From contig CAZHEZ010000061.1 of the NCBI GenBank assembly GCA_964531315.1, positions 1 through 35,808 on the forward strand: DNA of 35,808 nucleotides, given 5' to 3'. Position 1 is the first letter of the stretch. Every line of letters begins with the position of its first letter. A program made the translations under genes and the position numbers. Source of the stretch: an uncultured Candidatus Obscuribacterales bacterium. Its GTDB lineage: Bacteria > Cyanobacteriota > Vampirovibrionia > Obscuribacterales > Obscuribacteraceae. Positions 1 to 9,254 of the stretch are shown here, in pieces. Under the pieces are notes generated by a model that was not told where the DNA came from, did not search any database, and was given only the letters and a program-made list of their open reading frames with translations.

Positions 1-147
1 GCTCGCAGTACCAGCCGGGAGGGCGGGTGGCGAAGCGTTGTGTGCTCGACAGCGACTCCACCAACCCCAACTATGAGGAGGTGGTCGCTGCGGGGCAGTC
101 TGCCTTCGCCAGGATGAAACCGGCGGGCGACGTTGCGGAAGCCAAAT
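1..147 (+). CDS. 3' end of an unidentified protein-coding gene (partial, runs off the window start)
   Basis: Open frame from the window edge to TAG at 145-147 (…RCVLDSDSTNPNYEEVVAAGQSAFARMKPAGDVAEAK*). A hairpin plus T-tract terminator follows. Not in the ORF track because it is partial. Confidence 0.3.
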
Positions 148-187
148 AGCTGATCGCATTTGCGTTTCAGTTGTGAGAAAGATCCAT

Positions 188-253
188 GGAAGCGGGAGCG
201 GCCTAACAAGCCGCCCCGCTTTCCATGCCTTTTCTTTTGCATTTTTTGTTTTC
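188..253. terminator. Probable bidirectional intrinsic terminator between convergent genes
   Basis: Imperfect GC-rich hairpin ggaagcgggagcggc-ctaacaa-gccgccccgctttcc followed by a T-rich tract (cttttcttttgcattttttgtttt). It lies between the stop of the 1-147 (+) ORF and the stop of the 353-2782 (-) gene. Confidence 0.4.
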
Positions 254-352
254 AACATGTTTTATTATTGAATATAGTGAATATGGTGAAGCCGCACTCT
301 CGGCGCGTTTGAAGACTTCTGTGTCAGCGCCGTCCAGCAATATCTGTTGCGC

Positions 353-2782
353 TTATTTTTCTTGTTTGGCGCGTTCAATGCGTTGGAGAATTTGTTGTTT
401 CAGTTGTGCTGGTAAGGTGTCTAAATAGTTCTGGAGTTCTTGCTTAAAAGCTTCGTGTTGATCCTGCTCGTGCGGCGAAAGCTCTTGATTGTTGTTTCTC
501 TTGTTGAATTCACGGTCTTCTTTGGCAGCCATATCGCCGATGTTCTGCACCAACTCGCGATTGCTCATTTGCTTTTGGCCGTTCAGCTCGCCATAGAAGA
601 ACAATTTCTGTGAGGGCGTCAGATGTTCGAGCACCGGTTTGACCTTGGCGATGTCTCGTTCCAGGGCGGCCTTGTCCAGATCGTGCTGTTTTTGATGTTG
701 CCCATAGTATTTCCCAAGCTTGAGCATTTGGTCGGCTAAAGCGTTGCCATATTCCTTGTCGTTGATTTCACCGGCATCTCTCTGGCGACGCAGGAGTTCG
801 AATTCCTTTGAAAAATCAATCTTTCCGCTGGCTCGATTGGCTTCCACTTCGCGTTCGAGCTCTGTGTGATTTTCGGCGCCTTTTTGCATCACCTTCCAGA
901 GATCGCTCACCGGCACGTCCGTCTTGCGATTGTCTTTCATCGATCCCCAGGTGTTATCTATGGACACGACCGGCGGGGGGCCCGGCTTGTAGTCGGTGAT
1001 GGCAACCACGTGCGCTTCCCCGTTGTCTCCGGCTTCTGCGCCGCCGGATTGCGAGTAGTATGGTTCCATTTTGGGATTAATGCGAATCATCACCGGCAAT
1101 TTGCCGCTCTGCGCCAGGGTTTTTAATTGATCGTCCAGGGCTTGTTCTGTCTCGACTTTGGTCACCTTCGCTCCTGGACCGCTGTAATTGTCGGCGGCTG
1201 CGATCACCACTGGACTGGTCTGGTCACCGGTGATGCCGCGATAGGCTTCGACTATTTGATCTTCATTTATATCCGGCTCTTTCTTGTCTTTTAACTCTTT
1301 TCTCGGTGTTTCGGAAGTGTCATAAAGCCTTTCTCCGGTGTCTCCTGGCGAAGGTTTGTGTTGTTCATAACGCCGCTCGACGCCTTCGCGCTGATAGGCA
1401 AGATTGACGGCAGTGACGTTAAACAATTGAGTGGCAAAGCTTCTGTCACTATCAAGAGGTGGATGGTGTACGGCTTCTTTGTCCGGGGTCAAACTCTGGG
1501 CGTCCAGGCGAACTTGGTGACCTTGAGTGTCGGTGTATTCTCCTGACAATGCGACCTGAGCGACTAAATTAGCGGCTTTTGACGGTTCTTTGGCATAGAC
1601 CAGCGACTCCATTGATGTGACATTGCAGGTGTTATGGTTGCCCTGGTCGATGATGCGCGGATCGGCTGCCTGCGACATTACTTGCTGTGCCAGTTGCACG
1701 CGGCGCTCGGCATTGACTGCGCCCTGCTGTGCTTCCATCAGCTTGCCGATTTCGCCGTAGGTTTTTCTTACTTCCTCGTCGCTCAAGCCACGCTGTTTTG
1801 CGCGTGCTTCAAAATGAGCCATGTCTGCTTCGAACTTGGCGCGTTCTGTCGGACTTTTGATCTTCGCTTCGGCAAGGTCATGCAGTTTTGCATGTGCCAC
1901 TCGCACGTCTGTTTGCTCGTTGACGGCAATTGGCTTGTCACCAGCTTTATCGGTAATCGAATACTTGCCGTCAGCAGTTTTCTGCAGCACGAAATTATCT
2001 TCGGGGCGCGGTCCGGAGCTTTGCAGAGTGTAGAAACCATCGGGCCCGGGCGTGCGCATTGTTTTGCGGTTGTCCGGTTCTTTGTACTCAATCTGCTGTC
2101 TGCCGTCCGGCCAGTTGGTGGTTTTTATGTCATGGGTGGGGACGGTGAAGCCGCCGTCTTTTGTGTGTCCCGGCAATTGCAGAATGGTGCCGTCTTTGAT
2201 GACGTCGTTTTTAAGCTTGTTGACGTGCTCAATTTCTTTGATATATTTTTCGACTGTTTCTTTGTCGGCATGCGGTCCAAGCTGTTTTCTGGCCACGTTC
2301 TCCAGGGAGTCTCCTGGTTTGACGATGTGATACTTTGCTTCAACCTCACCTTTTACTCCCTCACCCAGGTAGGGTTTTGGTTTTTCGCTTGATGTCGGCT
2401 GTTCGCTCTTGCTCTCTGCCGAACGTTTGAAAGCCGCACTGGTTTTTTCCGAGTAGTCGGTTACAGCAGCCGATAATTTGAGCGTGTACGGACTGGCGAG
2501 CATGCCCGGGTATGCCGGCGAATCGTGCTTAGCCAGCGGATCTCCGATGCTGAAATCGAGAGGCGCGTCCACTTCCAGAGCAATAGTGCGGCCGTCATTA
2601 AACGGGCGATCTTTGCTTGGTTTGTAGGACAAAAGCTCTGAGCTGGGAGTCTTCCAATATTCCGAGGCGTCTATGTGCGGCTTAAGCGGAGCCTCTTTCG
2701 GCTCGTTGAATTGAGCGGCGTCATTAATTGCCATATGCAGACTGTTACCTGGTAAGGGAAAAACGGAGCGCGTGGGTTGCAC
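353..2782 (-). CDS. Large LysM-domain / papain-like (C1-type fold) cysteine peptidase, effector-like, no signal peptide
   Basis: 809-aa ORF whose first codon is GTG at 2782 (next in-frame ATG at 2734). LysM-like motif KYHIVKPGDSLENVARKQLG…ILQLPG. Papain-fold catalytic motifs appear in the canonical order: Q-x5-C (IDQGNHNTCNV), His (GEAHVVAITDY, cf. papain DHAVAAVGY) and N-x-W-G (SIDNTWGS, cf. papain NSWG). The C-terminal ~200 aa are highly charged and coiled-coil-like. No N-terminal hydrophobic signal. Confidence 0.65.
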   Translation of the reverse strand: MQPTRSVFPLPGNSLHMAINDAAQFNEPKEAPLKPHIDASEYWKTPSSELLSYKPSKDRPFNDGRTIALEVDAPLDFSIGDPLAKHDSPAYPGMLASPYTLKLSAAVTDYSEKTSAAFKRSAESKSEQPTSSEKPKPYLGEGVKGEVEAKYHIVKPGDSLENVARKQLGPHADKETVEKYIKEIEHVNKLKNDVIKDGTILQLPGHTKDGGFTVPTHDIKTTNWPDGRQQIEYKEPDNRKTMRTPGPDGFYTLQSSGPRPEDNFVLQKTADGKYSITDKAGDKPIAVNEQTDVRVAHAKLHDLAEAKIKSPTERAKFEADMAHFEARAKQRGLSDEEVRKTYGEIGKLMEAQQGAVNAERRVQLAQQVMSQAADPRIIDQGNHNTCNVTSMESLVYAKEPSKAANLVAQVALSGEYTDTQGHQVRLDAQSLTPDKEAVHHPPLDSDRSFATQLFNVTAVNLAYQREGVERRYEQHKPSPGDTGERLYDTSETPRKELKDKKEPDINEDQIVEAYRGITGDQTSPVVIAAADNYSGPGAKVTKVETEQALDDQLKTLAQSGKLPVMIRINPKMEPYYSQSGGAEAGDNGEAHVVAITDYKPGPPPVVSIDNTWGSMKDNRKTDVPVSDLWKVMQKGAENHTELEREVEANRASGKIDFSKEFELLRRQRDAGEINDKEYGNALADQMLKLGKYYGQHQKQHDLDKAALERDIAKVKPVLEHLTPSQKLFFYGELNGQKQMSNRELVQNIGDMAAKEDREFNKRNNNQELSPHEQDQHEAFKQELQNYLDTLPAQLKQQILQRIERAKQEK

Positions 2783-3002
2783 TGTAAAGCGAATCCGGCA
2801 TGCGTCTTTGGGGTTGGGTGGAAAGCATATTAGACAATTGCAGCTGAACTAATTCTGAACATTCGATCCAAACTGGAGCCGAGTGGCGCTTAACAATCGC
2901 TGCCATCTTCACGCTCGATTCACATGCTCGCTAATAAGCTGCGGTGAAATCAGGCGTCCTTTTAGACTTTTACTTCTGCGCTCTCCTCAATAACTATCTC
3001 TC

Positions 3003-3087
3003 GGTCATTGCGATGACTGATATGCCAAGCCGATCTCCTTGAGCAAACGCTCAGGCAGAGCGGCTTGTTTTGGTATCGTATATGGTG
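3003..3087 (+). promoter_or_regulatory. Conserved non-coding module, copy 1 (inverted repeat, long hairpin, 16-nt box)
   Basis: Inverted repeat gGTCATtgcgATGACtg (3003-3019); hairpin gccgatctccttgagc-aaac-gctcaggcagagcggc (3029-3064); box ggtatcgtatatggtg (3072-3087). The same architecture is at 10831-10913 and the same box is at 30701-30716. Confidence 0.5.
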
Positions 3088-3407
3088 TCACAGCTAGCGC
3101 ATGTGCATGAGCCGCGCCAGGTCAGAAAGGCGCGTGTATTCACGCGAAGGTTCTAGTGTTTTTGTTCTGTAACTATTAAAGCTCTTGATTCTTAAGCCAC
3201 GAAGAGGCGACTGTAAGAGTATCTTCCGAAACTTTCTTCTCAGCTTTCACAGCCAACTCCAAAAACTCCTTCTCTTCAACCAGCCGAAGTATTTTTCTTA
3301 GCAGCTCGCTGCTGCGGAGTTTGTTGGGTCGGAAGAATTTCAGCGGGCGGTGGATGCCCTCATAAGCGGGTAGCTCCGCCATCGAACTAACTTTCAAACC
3401 GAAAAGG

Positions 3408-3590
3408 ATGACTCAAATGAGAATCAGAGCTTCAACCACCGCACTTCTTCTTCTCTTTGCCGGCATTATTGGTGCCGTGCAATCGTATCGCATCGATCAC
3501 AACGGTATTCTCCACAGTGTTGTCGGTCTCTTGATCATCGCACTGGCTGTCTTTGTCGTTACCCGCGCCTTTCGTCGACGCCCTACCTGA
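3408..3590 (+). CDS. Small two-helix membrane protein (60 aa), hypothetical
   Basis: ORF with SD aaggatg upstream; two hydrophobic helices (TTALLLLFAGIIGAV, VVGLLIIALAVFVV); sits directly upstream of X1. Confidence 0.4.
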   Translation: MTQMRIRASTTALLLLFAGIIGAVQSYRIDHNGILHSVVGLLIIALAVFVVTRAFRRRPT

Positions 3591-3620
3591 TAAAAACGCA
3601 ATATTCGCGAAGGAAAGCAA

Positions 3621-4328
3621 ATGAGACCAGAATATTACTTGCTTATCATTCTTCTCGCCGCTGCCGTTGCCGGGTCCTTTCGCATGAAAGGTGTTCCTGT
3701 CGAGCACAGTGAAGAAGAGAAAGAAGCTCGCAAGCGCGAAGCTAAGATGAAGGCCGACCTGGCCGACTGGCGACGCATGGACGGCAATGTCATCGACTTC
3801 AGGTATCACCTGGCCAAAGACTTGAATGCGGCTTCACGCTGCTTGCACAGCACGCGCTCCAAGCGTGAAGCGGCGGAACACTGCATTCGTACAGTCGAAT
3901 CGGCGCTGGCCGAGCAAGACAAGCTCGGCTTTGTCACCGATGGATCGGAGATGAATGTCCTGCACGCCACTCAGCACCTGAACGGGTACGAGACCGAATT
4001 CATCAAGGCTCAGCAGGCTGTTCACGCGTATGTGGAGAAAGTCCGTGACCATGTCTTCGATTTGCTGGCTGAATCAGTAAAGATCAGCGAGTGGATGCCT
4101 GAGGTATCGGCTCGTTTGCAGGAGCAGGCACGTAAGCTTGTTGCCGAGATTGAGCCGGAAGCTAAGGCGATGTGGGCAGTCACCGACAGAATGCTGACCG
4201 ATGCAGACAGAGATCCCGCCGGCCTCGCCGACGAGTATGTTACCCCTGGCGTCACCAAGTGGCGAGAAGAAAGAGTGGGGGCGCGCAGAAAAATTCGCGA
4301 TAATCTTGCCTCGAAGATTGGATATTAG
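3621..4328 (+). CDS. Hypothetical membrane-anchored coiled-coil protein, family X (paralog of 14204-15013)
   Basis: SD aggaaag precedes the ATG. N-terminal TM helix (YYLLIILLAAAVAGSF). Shares a C-terminal motif with X2 (VTPGVTKWREERVGARRKI vs VTAGIIKWRQERLEARQLM) and has the same overall architecture. Confidence 0.6.
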   Translation: MRPEYYLLIILLAAAVAGSFRMKGVPVEHSEEEKEARKREAKMKADLADWRRMDGNVIDFRYHLAKDLNAASRCLHSTRSKREAAEHCIRTVESALAEQDKLGFVTDGSEMNVLHATQHLNGYETEFIKAQQAVHAYVEKVRDHVFDLLAESVKISEWMPEVSARLQEQARKLVAEIEPEAKAMWAVTDRMLTDADRDPAGLADEYVTPGVTKWREERVGARRKIRDNLASKIGY

Positions 4329-4503
4329 CGGCATTGCATTGGTGTTCTTGCCAGCGGATTGGGAACCATTGAAAGTGGTCGCCGGACCCGCTGGCTAGTT
4401 CACTGGTGCTTCTCAAATCACTGGTTTCGAAAGTTCAAGTGCATCTCAATCTGCGGAGATTTGAAGACAACTCTCCGCAAACAGAAAACTGAAAGGATAA
4501 GGA

Positions 4504-4905
4504 ATGAATCGCAAACACATTGCGTTGGCCTCAGCCATCGCCATAGTAGGCTCCTGCGCCGTAGCCTATGCATTTAGACCCAATGCCGACTTCATCGAAT
4601 CGCGTTTTGACAAGCTTGATCATATGCCGGATTCAAGTGGCAGCAAAGTCCGCTACAAGCGGGATGGAAGTTTCGTTTTTGTTTGCCTGCGCGTGCCCGG
4701 TCACTATGAAGTGCAGATCTTCCAGATCGACAACGGCATCATGCCGGTGATACCGACCACGATCGTCGACGTCACGGATAAGGAAATTCTGTGGGAGCAT
4801 GATAAGACCGTTGGATGGACGCTTTCTCACAACTCGATTCGCGTCGTCATCAAGAAGCTCGATGGAAACATCGGAGAGGAAAGCCAGGACTTTCATCGCG
4901 AATAG
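4504..4905 (+). CDS. Small secreted/lipoprotein-like hypothetical protein (133 aa)
   Basis: N-terminal signal-peptide-like segment MNRKHIALASAIAIVGSCAVAYA (possible lipobox VGSC); SD aaggataagga upstream. Confidence 0.55.
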   Translation: MNRKHIALASAIAIVGSCAVAYAFRPNADFIESRFDKLDHMPDSSGSKVRYKRDGSFVFVCLRVPGHYEVQIFQIDNGIMPVIPTTIVDVTDKEILWEHDKTVGWTLSHNSIRVVIKKLDGNIGEESQDFHRE

Positions 4906-5018
4906 GACAGCGGCGTAGCTCCAGAAGTGAGCGCGTTTCTGCTATCCGCGACCAGCTTCATCTGCTTTGAAAGTAAGTCAATCCCTGGCACGGAGTGCCA
5001 AAAATGAGGAGTGATACC

Positions 5019-5522
5019 ATGTTTGCACGAATTGCTTCGCTCTTTCCTTCCCGCTGGTCGAGCCGTTCTACAGGCGGTGCTGAGTCCGGCATCATGAGCT
5101 ATGACGTGGTGATCAACTACGTCGACGAGGATCGGGACCCGACCACGAAGACATTCTCCACGCCCGAGTCGCGTGAAGCGGGCGTTTCGAAAATCCTGGC
5201 GGCTGCCGCCGGCACCGGCGAGGATGACGAAAAAGCAATTGCCAGCGTTGTCTTGGAAGATTGCCTGATCTTCTGGAAGCGCAGCAAAGCTACGCCCTCC
5301 ATTCCGGACCGTGCTCCGGTCCTGAAGGGGCAGGGCGAAAAGGTGCTGAGAGTGCGCACCACCGGTAAAGGCACGATTGAAACTGCCGGCTACAGCATGC
5401 GCTCGACGTTGGAGTTACTGAACGTCAAAGGCATGACCAAAGGTCTGGAGCCTGTGGAGGCGTCCGTGATTCTGCGGCGGACCGCCTACGAGCGCCGTTC
5501 GGCGCTCGTGGCTTCTGCGTAA
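5019..5522 (+). CDS. Hypothetical protein (start set at the internal ATG that has an SD)
   Basis: The ORF track gives 4995-5522. The ATG at 5019 is preceded by aggagtg at the right spacing. No recognisable domain. Confidence 0.45.
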   Translation: MFARIASLFPSRWSSRSTGGAESGIMSYDVVINYVDEDRDPTTKTFSTPESREAGVSKILAAAAGTGEDDEKAIASVVLEDCLIFWKRSKATPSIPDRAPVLKGQGEKVLRVRTTGKGTIETAGYSMRSTLELLNVKGMTKGLEPVEASVILRRTAYERRSALVASA

Positions 5523-5747
5523 GTGCTTTTCGGCACAACGACATGAGTTCGGCTCGGAGCTGGTTGAAAAGCCAGCTTCGGGCTTCATTTGGAACTTTGG
5601 CGCTATTACAAGCCACGGTTTCGTATGCCAGTTACTTATTGCGTTTCGAAGATGCGCAATCGGTGCTGGACAAGGGTCATCCTACCGGACCCACATAAGT
5701 CGGCAGGATTTCTCACTGCTCAAAACGAGAGTGAGAGGAGAACGACA

Positions 5748-6239
5748 ATGAAAATTTCAAAGGAACTGATTGATGAAGTGAAATTGCACTTCCAATCCAT
5801 CAAGGCCGATTTCGACAGCAGGGCGATCAACGAAATCATCTTCCCTGAGGTCGCCGCTCAGCCTGTAATCGACCGCATTCCGTTGTTGATTGCTAAAGCT
5901 GTTGCCGCCGGAAGGGACTATGCTGAGATCTGTGAAGTGAGCGACTTCGAAAATGCAGCAGAGGCTGAGCTGTTTAGCGGAGAAAGGCTTTTCTTCATCA
6001 AGCAGAATACCTGGAAGTGGGCGCTGTTGGAGTGCGCTCCTCCTGAGCCGGAATGGCTCATCGGCGCCGCTCTGATGGTGTATAAGTTTTGCATCAGCAA
6101 CGATCTGCGCCCCAAGCTGATGCCTCATCGCAGCAGGTCGATTCAAAGCGGCGAAAAGTCTGCGGGATGGTATTACAGCAAGATGATTGTCCGCTGGCAG
6201 AAGGAGCATATCAACAAGCTGCTCGGCATCACGGGATAG
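5748..6239 (+). CDS. Hypothetical protein, family Y (paralog of 15306-15824)
   Basis: SD gagagg precedes the ATG at 5748. Blocks shared with Y2: RIPLLIAKAVAAGRDYAEICEVSDF…GERLFF…EPEWLIGAA…VYKFC…NDL…SGEKSAGW…IVRWQKEHINKLLG vs RIPELIARAVLSKRSYVDLCEVSDF…GERLFF…ESEWLVGAA…VYAFC…NDL…NGQRSASW…TIRWDREAIEKLLN. Confidence 0.65.
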   Translation: MKISKELIDEVKLHFQSIKADFDSRAINEIIFPEVAAQPVIDRIPLLIAKAVAAGRDYAEICEVSDFENAAEAELFSGERLFFIKQNTWKWALLECAPPEPEWLIGAALMVYKFCISNDLRPKLMPHRSRSIQSGEKSAGWYYSKMIVRWQKEHINKLLGITG

Positions 6240-6636
6240 TCGAACTTCGAAACTATAGTGACCGCTAGAGTCGCTGCTGGGAAATAGTTCCAGCCGGTTA
6301 AGTGATGGCATTCAGGAGAGGGATGGTTTTGCAAGTCGTCCTTCTCCTGTTTGCCGTTATTTTCAAAGTAGTTTCCTTCAACTGTAAACATTGAAAATTC
6401 GAGTGGGGTGACATTCGCAAATATTTGTCGGTCCCGATTTTTTTTGATCTCAGTATTACTATACAATATAAAAGGCTGAGCATAAGTGGATGATTTGCGA
6501 GGCTGTGTGCCGTTTTTGGAAACCCATAGGCTAAAAGTGATGGTGGCGATTTCTCTCACGTATCTCTCACGTTTCAGTTCGTATTGTCATTGAGTGGCCG
6601 TTCTGCGGCGCATCTAGGCAGTCAAACAATACAACT

Positions 6637-6676
6637 AAAGCGCGGCATTCAGAAGCAATTCTGAATACCGCGCTTT
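6637..6676. terminator. Strong bidirectional intrinsic terminator (18-bp stem, GCAA tetraloop)
   Basis: aaagcgcggcattcagaa-gcaa-ttctgaataccgcgcttt is a near-perfect palindrome with one mismatch. It is flanked by A's upstream and by TTTGTGTGTG downstream. Confidence 0.6.
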
Positions 6677-7106
6677 GTGTGTGCCACCGCAGGTAGTGGC
6701 ATTGCTTAGCGCGGTTTGCGCATGCAGATATAGCTGTGCGATAGCAACGAAAGCAATTCTCGTGCCGATTTGCCTCTGAACGCTTTTTTCTCCGCCATCG
6801 ATTTGCGATAGTTCCCTTGTTATTTCAACCACCAATGCCAGTTAGATATCTCCCGCCCTTTCCAATCGCCACCTATTATCTCGGCATCTAAGCAACGACT
6901 TTTTGTCGAGCCTCGCTGACCCTGCTGTTTTTCGGCATCACTGAGATGTCTGCAAAGCAGTCGAGGGGATGAAGGAGAGCTTAGTTTGAGGCACAGTTTC
7001 CTTGACGGGAGACTGTTTTGTCGATGGAAGAATTGTCGGTTTCCATCGAGAGAGCGCTTCAACCTGCCTTCCTGCTTACTGGGAAGGCGCAACAGAAAGC
7101 ATCACA

Positions 7107-8108
7107 ATGTTCAAACACACAAGCTTAATTCTGTCCACTGCCCTGGCAATCGGACTGGTCCTGTCGCCAGTCAATTCCATGGCCGGCCCACGTGACACGT
7201 TTACGGTCGCTCTGGCTGCGCGCGTGTTGCCTTCCACTGTGACCATCGACGCCACCGATTCTTTCGACAGAGAATCCATCGGTTCCGGATTCATCATCGA
7301 CAGATCCGGTTTGGTGCTCACCAACGAGCATGTCATCACCGGCGCCGAGACCATCAAGGTCAAAGTCTACGGCGACAAAGATTTCAACGAAGCCACGCTG
7401 ATTTTTGTCGACCCGGGAAATGACCTGGCGGTATTGAGGATCAAATCCAACGGCAAGACCTATCCGGAGTTGGAGCTGGGTCCCAGCTCCGACCTCAAGG
7501 TGGGAGAGCCGGCCATCGCCATCGGCTCGCCGTTCGGAGAAGAATTTACCGTTTCTCAGGGGATCATCTCTAAGCTGCACGTTCTTCTCCCTTGGGACGA
7601 GGGCGACGTCAATAGGGTGCGCAAGTACTTGATTCAGACCGATGCAGCCATCAACCCCGGCAACAGCGGCGGCCCTCTCTTCAATGCCGAAGGAGAGGTG
7701 GTCGGCATCAACGAACTGAAGAAAGGTGCAGCTGGAATAGGCTGGGAGATTACGGCCAATCGCGCCACGCGCGTTTTGTCCGTTGCTCTTAGTGCTTCCA
7801 ACGTGGCCGGCATTTTGCATGGTATCAAGTCCGTCGAATTGAAGGTGCTCGCACCTACCGGCGACGATCGCCAAGCTGTGATCGTCAAGGAATTGGAAGC
7901 AGCAGGACCGGCTTCGGAGGTGCTCCAAGTCGGCGACCGCATCTTCAAAATCGAGGACCGCTATATTCGCAACGCCTTCGATCTGGAGCGTTCTCTGTGG
8001 TCCCACAAAGCAGGCGATCAGGTGAAGGTGGTCATCATCCGGCTCGATCAAATGATGGAGGTGACTCTGACGGTTGCCGATGCAAAAGCGACTGAGAGCA
8101 AAGACTGA
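7107..8108 (+). CDS. HtrA/DegP-family trypsin-like serine protease with a C-terminal PDZ-like domain, secreted
   Basis: Signal peptide MFKHTSLILSTALAIGLVLSPVNSMA. Catalytic triad motifs TNEHV (His), GNDLAVL (Asp) and GNSGGP (Ser). C-terminal ~90 aa are PDZ-like. The ORF track starts at 7002; the signal-peptide Met is at 7107. A terminator follows. Confidence 0.85.
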   Translation: MFKHTSLILSTALAIGLVLSPVNSMAGPRDTFTVALAARVLPSTVTIDATDSFDRESIGSGFIIDRSGLVLTNEHVITGAETIKVKVYGDKDFNEATLIFVDPGNDLAVLRIKSNGKTYPELELGPSSDLKVGEPAIAIGSPFGEEFTVSQGIISKLHVLLPWDEGDVNRVRKYLIQTDAAINPGNSGGPLFNAEGEVVGINELKKGAAGIGWEITANRATRVLSVALSASNVAGILHGIKSVELKVLAPTGDDRQAVIVKELEAAGPASEVLQVGDRIFKIEDRYIRNAFDLERSLWSHKAGDQVKVVIIRLDQMMEVTLTVADAKATESKD

Positions 8109-8153
8109 TGCTGTCGGACTAAGGTCCCTGGCAGCCAGAGCCTAACAAGCTTC

Positions 8154-8206
8154 CAGAGGGGATGGTCAATCTTGGTCATCCCCTCTGTTGCCTAGCTTTT
8201 TTGTTC
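8154..8206. terminator. Intrinsic terminator after the HtrA gene (probably also serves the convergent 8334-9254 gene)
   Basis: Hairpin cagaggggatg-gtcaatcttggt-catcccctctg followed by gcctagcTTTTTTgttctg. Confidence 0.6.
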
Positions 8207-8333
8207 TGATTCAATGCTACAAAAGATAGTAGCGGCTCTTTCGAAAAAATATTCCCAAAAGGAAACAGGCAGTGTGAGAGCGAAGCTGAAGGCCGCTGAC
8301 CTCCGTCTTCGCTCTCTCACATTGTTTGTCTTT

Positions 8334-9254
8334 CTAGCTGCGGGCGTAGTTGACGTACCCGCAGCGATTGAAGAACCGCAGTCCAAGCTTCGAACAGGCG
8401 TGATAGGAATCGTCTTTCATTCTGGCCATGTCGAGGCAGGTATTCTGCAACAAGATAGCCATCTCCTTCATCTTGCTGCCGAATTTCTGGCTCGGATTGT
8501 CTCGCCACTTCTTCAGTTGAGCGCGGGCGCGGTAAAAGGCCCCTTCATTGTCGATGATGCGCTGCCAAAATCCCTCCGGCAGCGGTGCGTCTTGCAGCTC
8601 CCTGCGCATGGGGGCGATATATTCAAGGGCGCGCTCGACTTTGAGAATCAGCTCGCTTAGAACATATTGACGAGCCTGATAGGCGGTTTGCGGCAGTGCG
8701 AAGTCCCCGAGCATCCCTCGGAACGACTGCAGCATGGCTTCGTTTTCGGCGATGAATCGATTCAGGCGTCCTTCCACCTTCGCTTTGTGTGCAGGTCGAT
8801 AGACACCGCCGAGTCCGGCAGCAATCCTTTTGTTCTGTATGAGCACGCTCTCAAGAGCCCTGATAGACGAGAGCAGCTGAGTTGCTTCGAAGCTGCCTGT
8901 TTGCATGTTGTTTACGATTGTCCAGGTTTCCTCGTCGAGCACAGCATCATGTCGGGCGACGCCTGCCAGCGCGGCAATGACATTGCAGGTCTGTTCGGCT
9001 TGCAGCTTCATTTCATCCAGGAAGCCGTAGAACTGGTTGGCTCCGTACCAGACGGCGACAATAGCCTTAACTTCCGGCTGGTCGCCGATGAAGTCTCCGC
9101 CTACCGTCGTGAACTTCCTGTCGAGAAGTAATCCTAATGAATCATGCGGCTGACTTGCCGCGGTTTTGCTGAAGGCAACGGTGTGCTCGAAACGATTGAT
9201 GTCGCGCAGCCATTTATACGGCTGCAAATCGATACTTTGCGGATCAATGCTCAT
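8334..9254 (-). CDS. Hypothetical protein (306 aa)
   Basis: Long minus-strand ORF with SD ggaga 7 nt before the ATG at 9254. The plus-strand ORFs 8214-8660 and 8667-9131 are read as shadows. No recognised domain. Confidence 0.55.
   Translation of the reverse strand: MSIDPQSIDLQPYKWLRDINRFEHTVAFSKTAASQPHDSLGLLLDRKFTTVGGDFIGDQPEVKAIVAVWYGANQFYGFLDEMKLQAEQTCNVIAALAGVARHDAVLDEETWTIVNNMQTGSFEATQLLSSIRALESVLIQNKRIAAGLGGVYRPAHKAKVEGRLNRFIAENEAMLQSFRGMLGDFALPQTAYQARQYVLSELILKVERALEYIAPMRRELQDAPLPEGFWQRIIDNEGAFYRARAQLKKWRDNPSQKFGSKMKEMAILLQNTCLDMARMKDDSYHACSKLGLRFFNRCGYVNYARS

Noticed and set aside
1634-2392. 252-aa plus-strand ORF (and several smaller ones) inside the LysM-peptidase gene
   Set aside because: Antisense shadow ORFs inside a longer, motif-supported minus-strand gene. 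Their composition is Cys/Phe/Leu-rich, typical of reverse-frame artefacts in GC-rich DNA.
3072-3087. Reading the 16-nt box as a standard sigma-70 promoter
   Set aside because: No hexamer pair with 16-18-nt spacing fits TTGACA/TATAAT around the box in any copy. It is left as an unassigned cis-element.
3176-3397. 73-aa minus-strand ORF between module copy 1 and the 3408 gene
   Set aside because: No convincing SD. It lies in what looks like the long 5' leader downstream of the conserved box, and I found no match to anything I recognise or to another ORF in the window. Kept only as a possibility.
7125-8051. 308-aa minus-strand ORF overlapping the HtrA gene
   Set aside because: Shadow of the well-supported HtrA-family CDS on the plus strand.
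8214-9131. Plus-strand ORFs 8214-8660 and 8667-9131
   Set aside because: Antisense to the longer 306-aa minus-strand ORF, which has a proper SD and a more protein-like composition. Treated as shadows, although with only moderate certainty.
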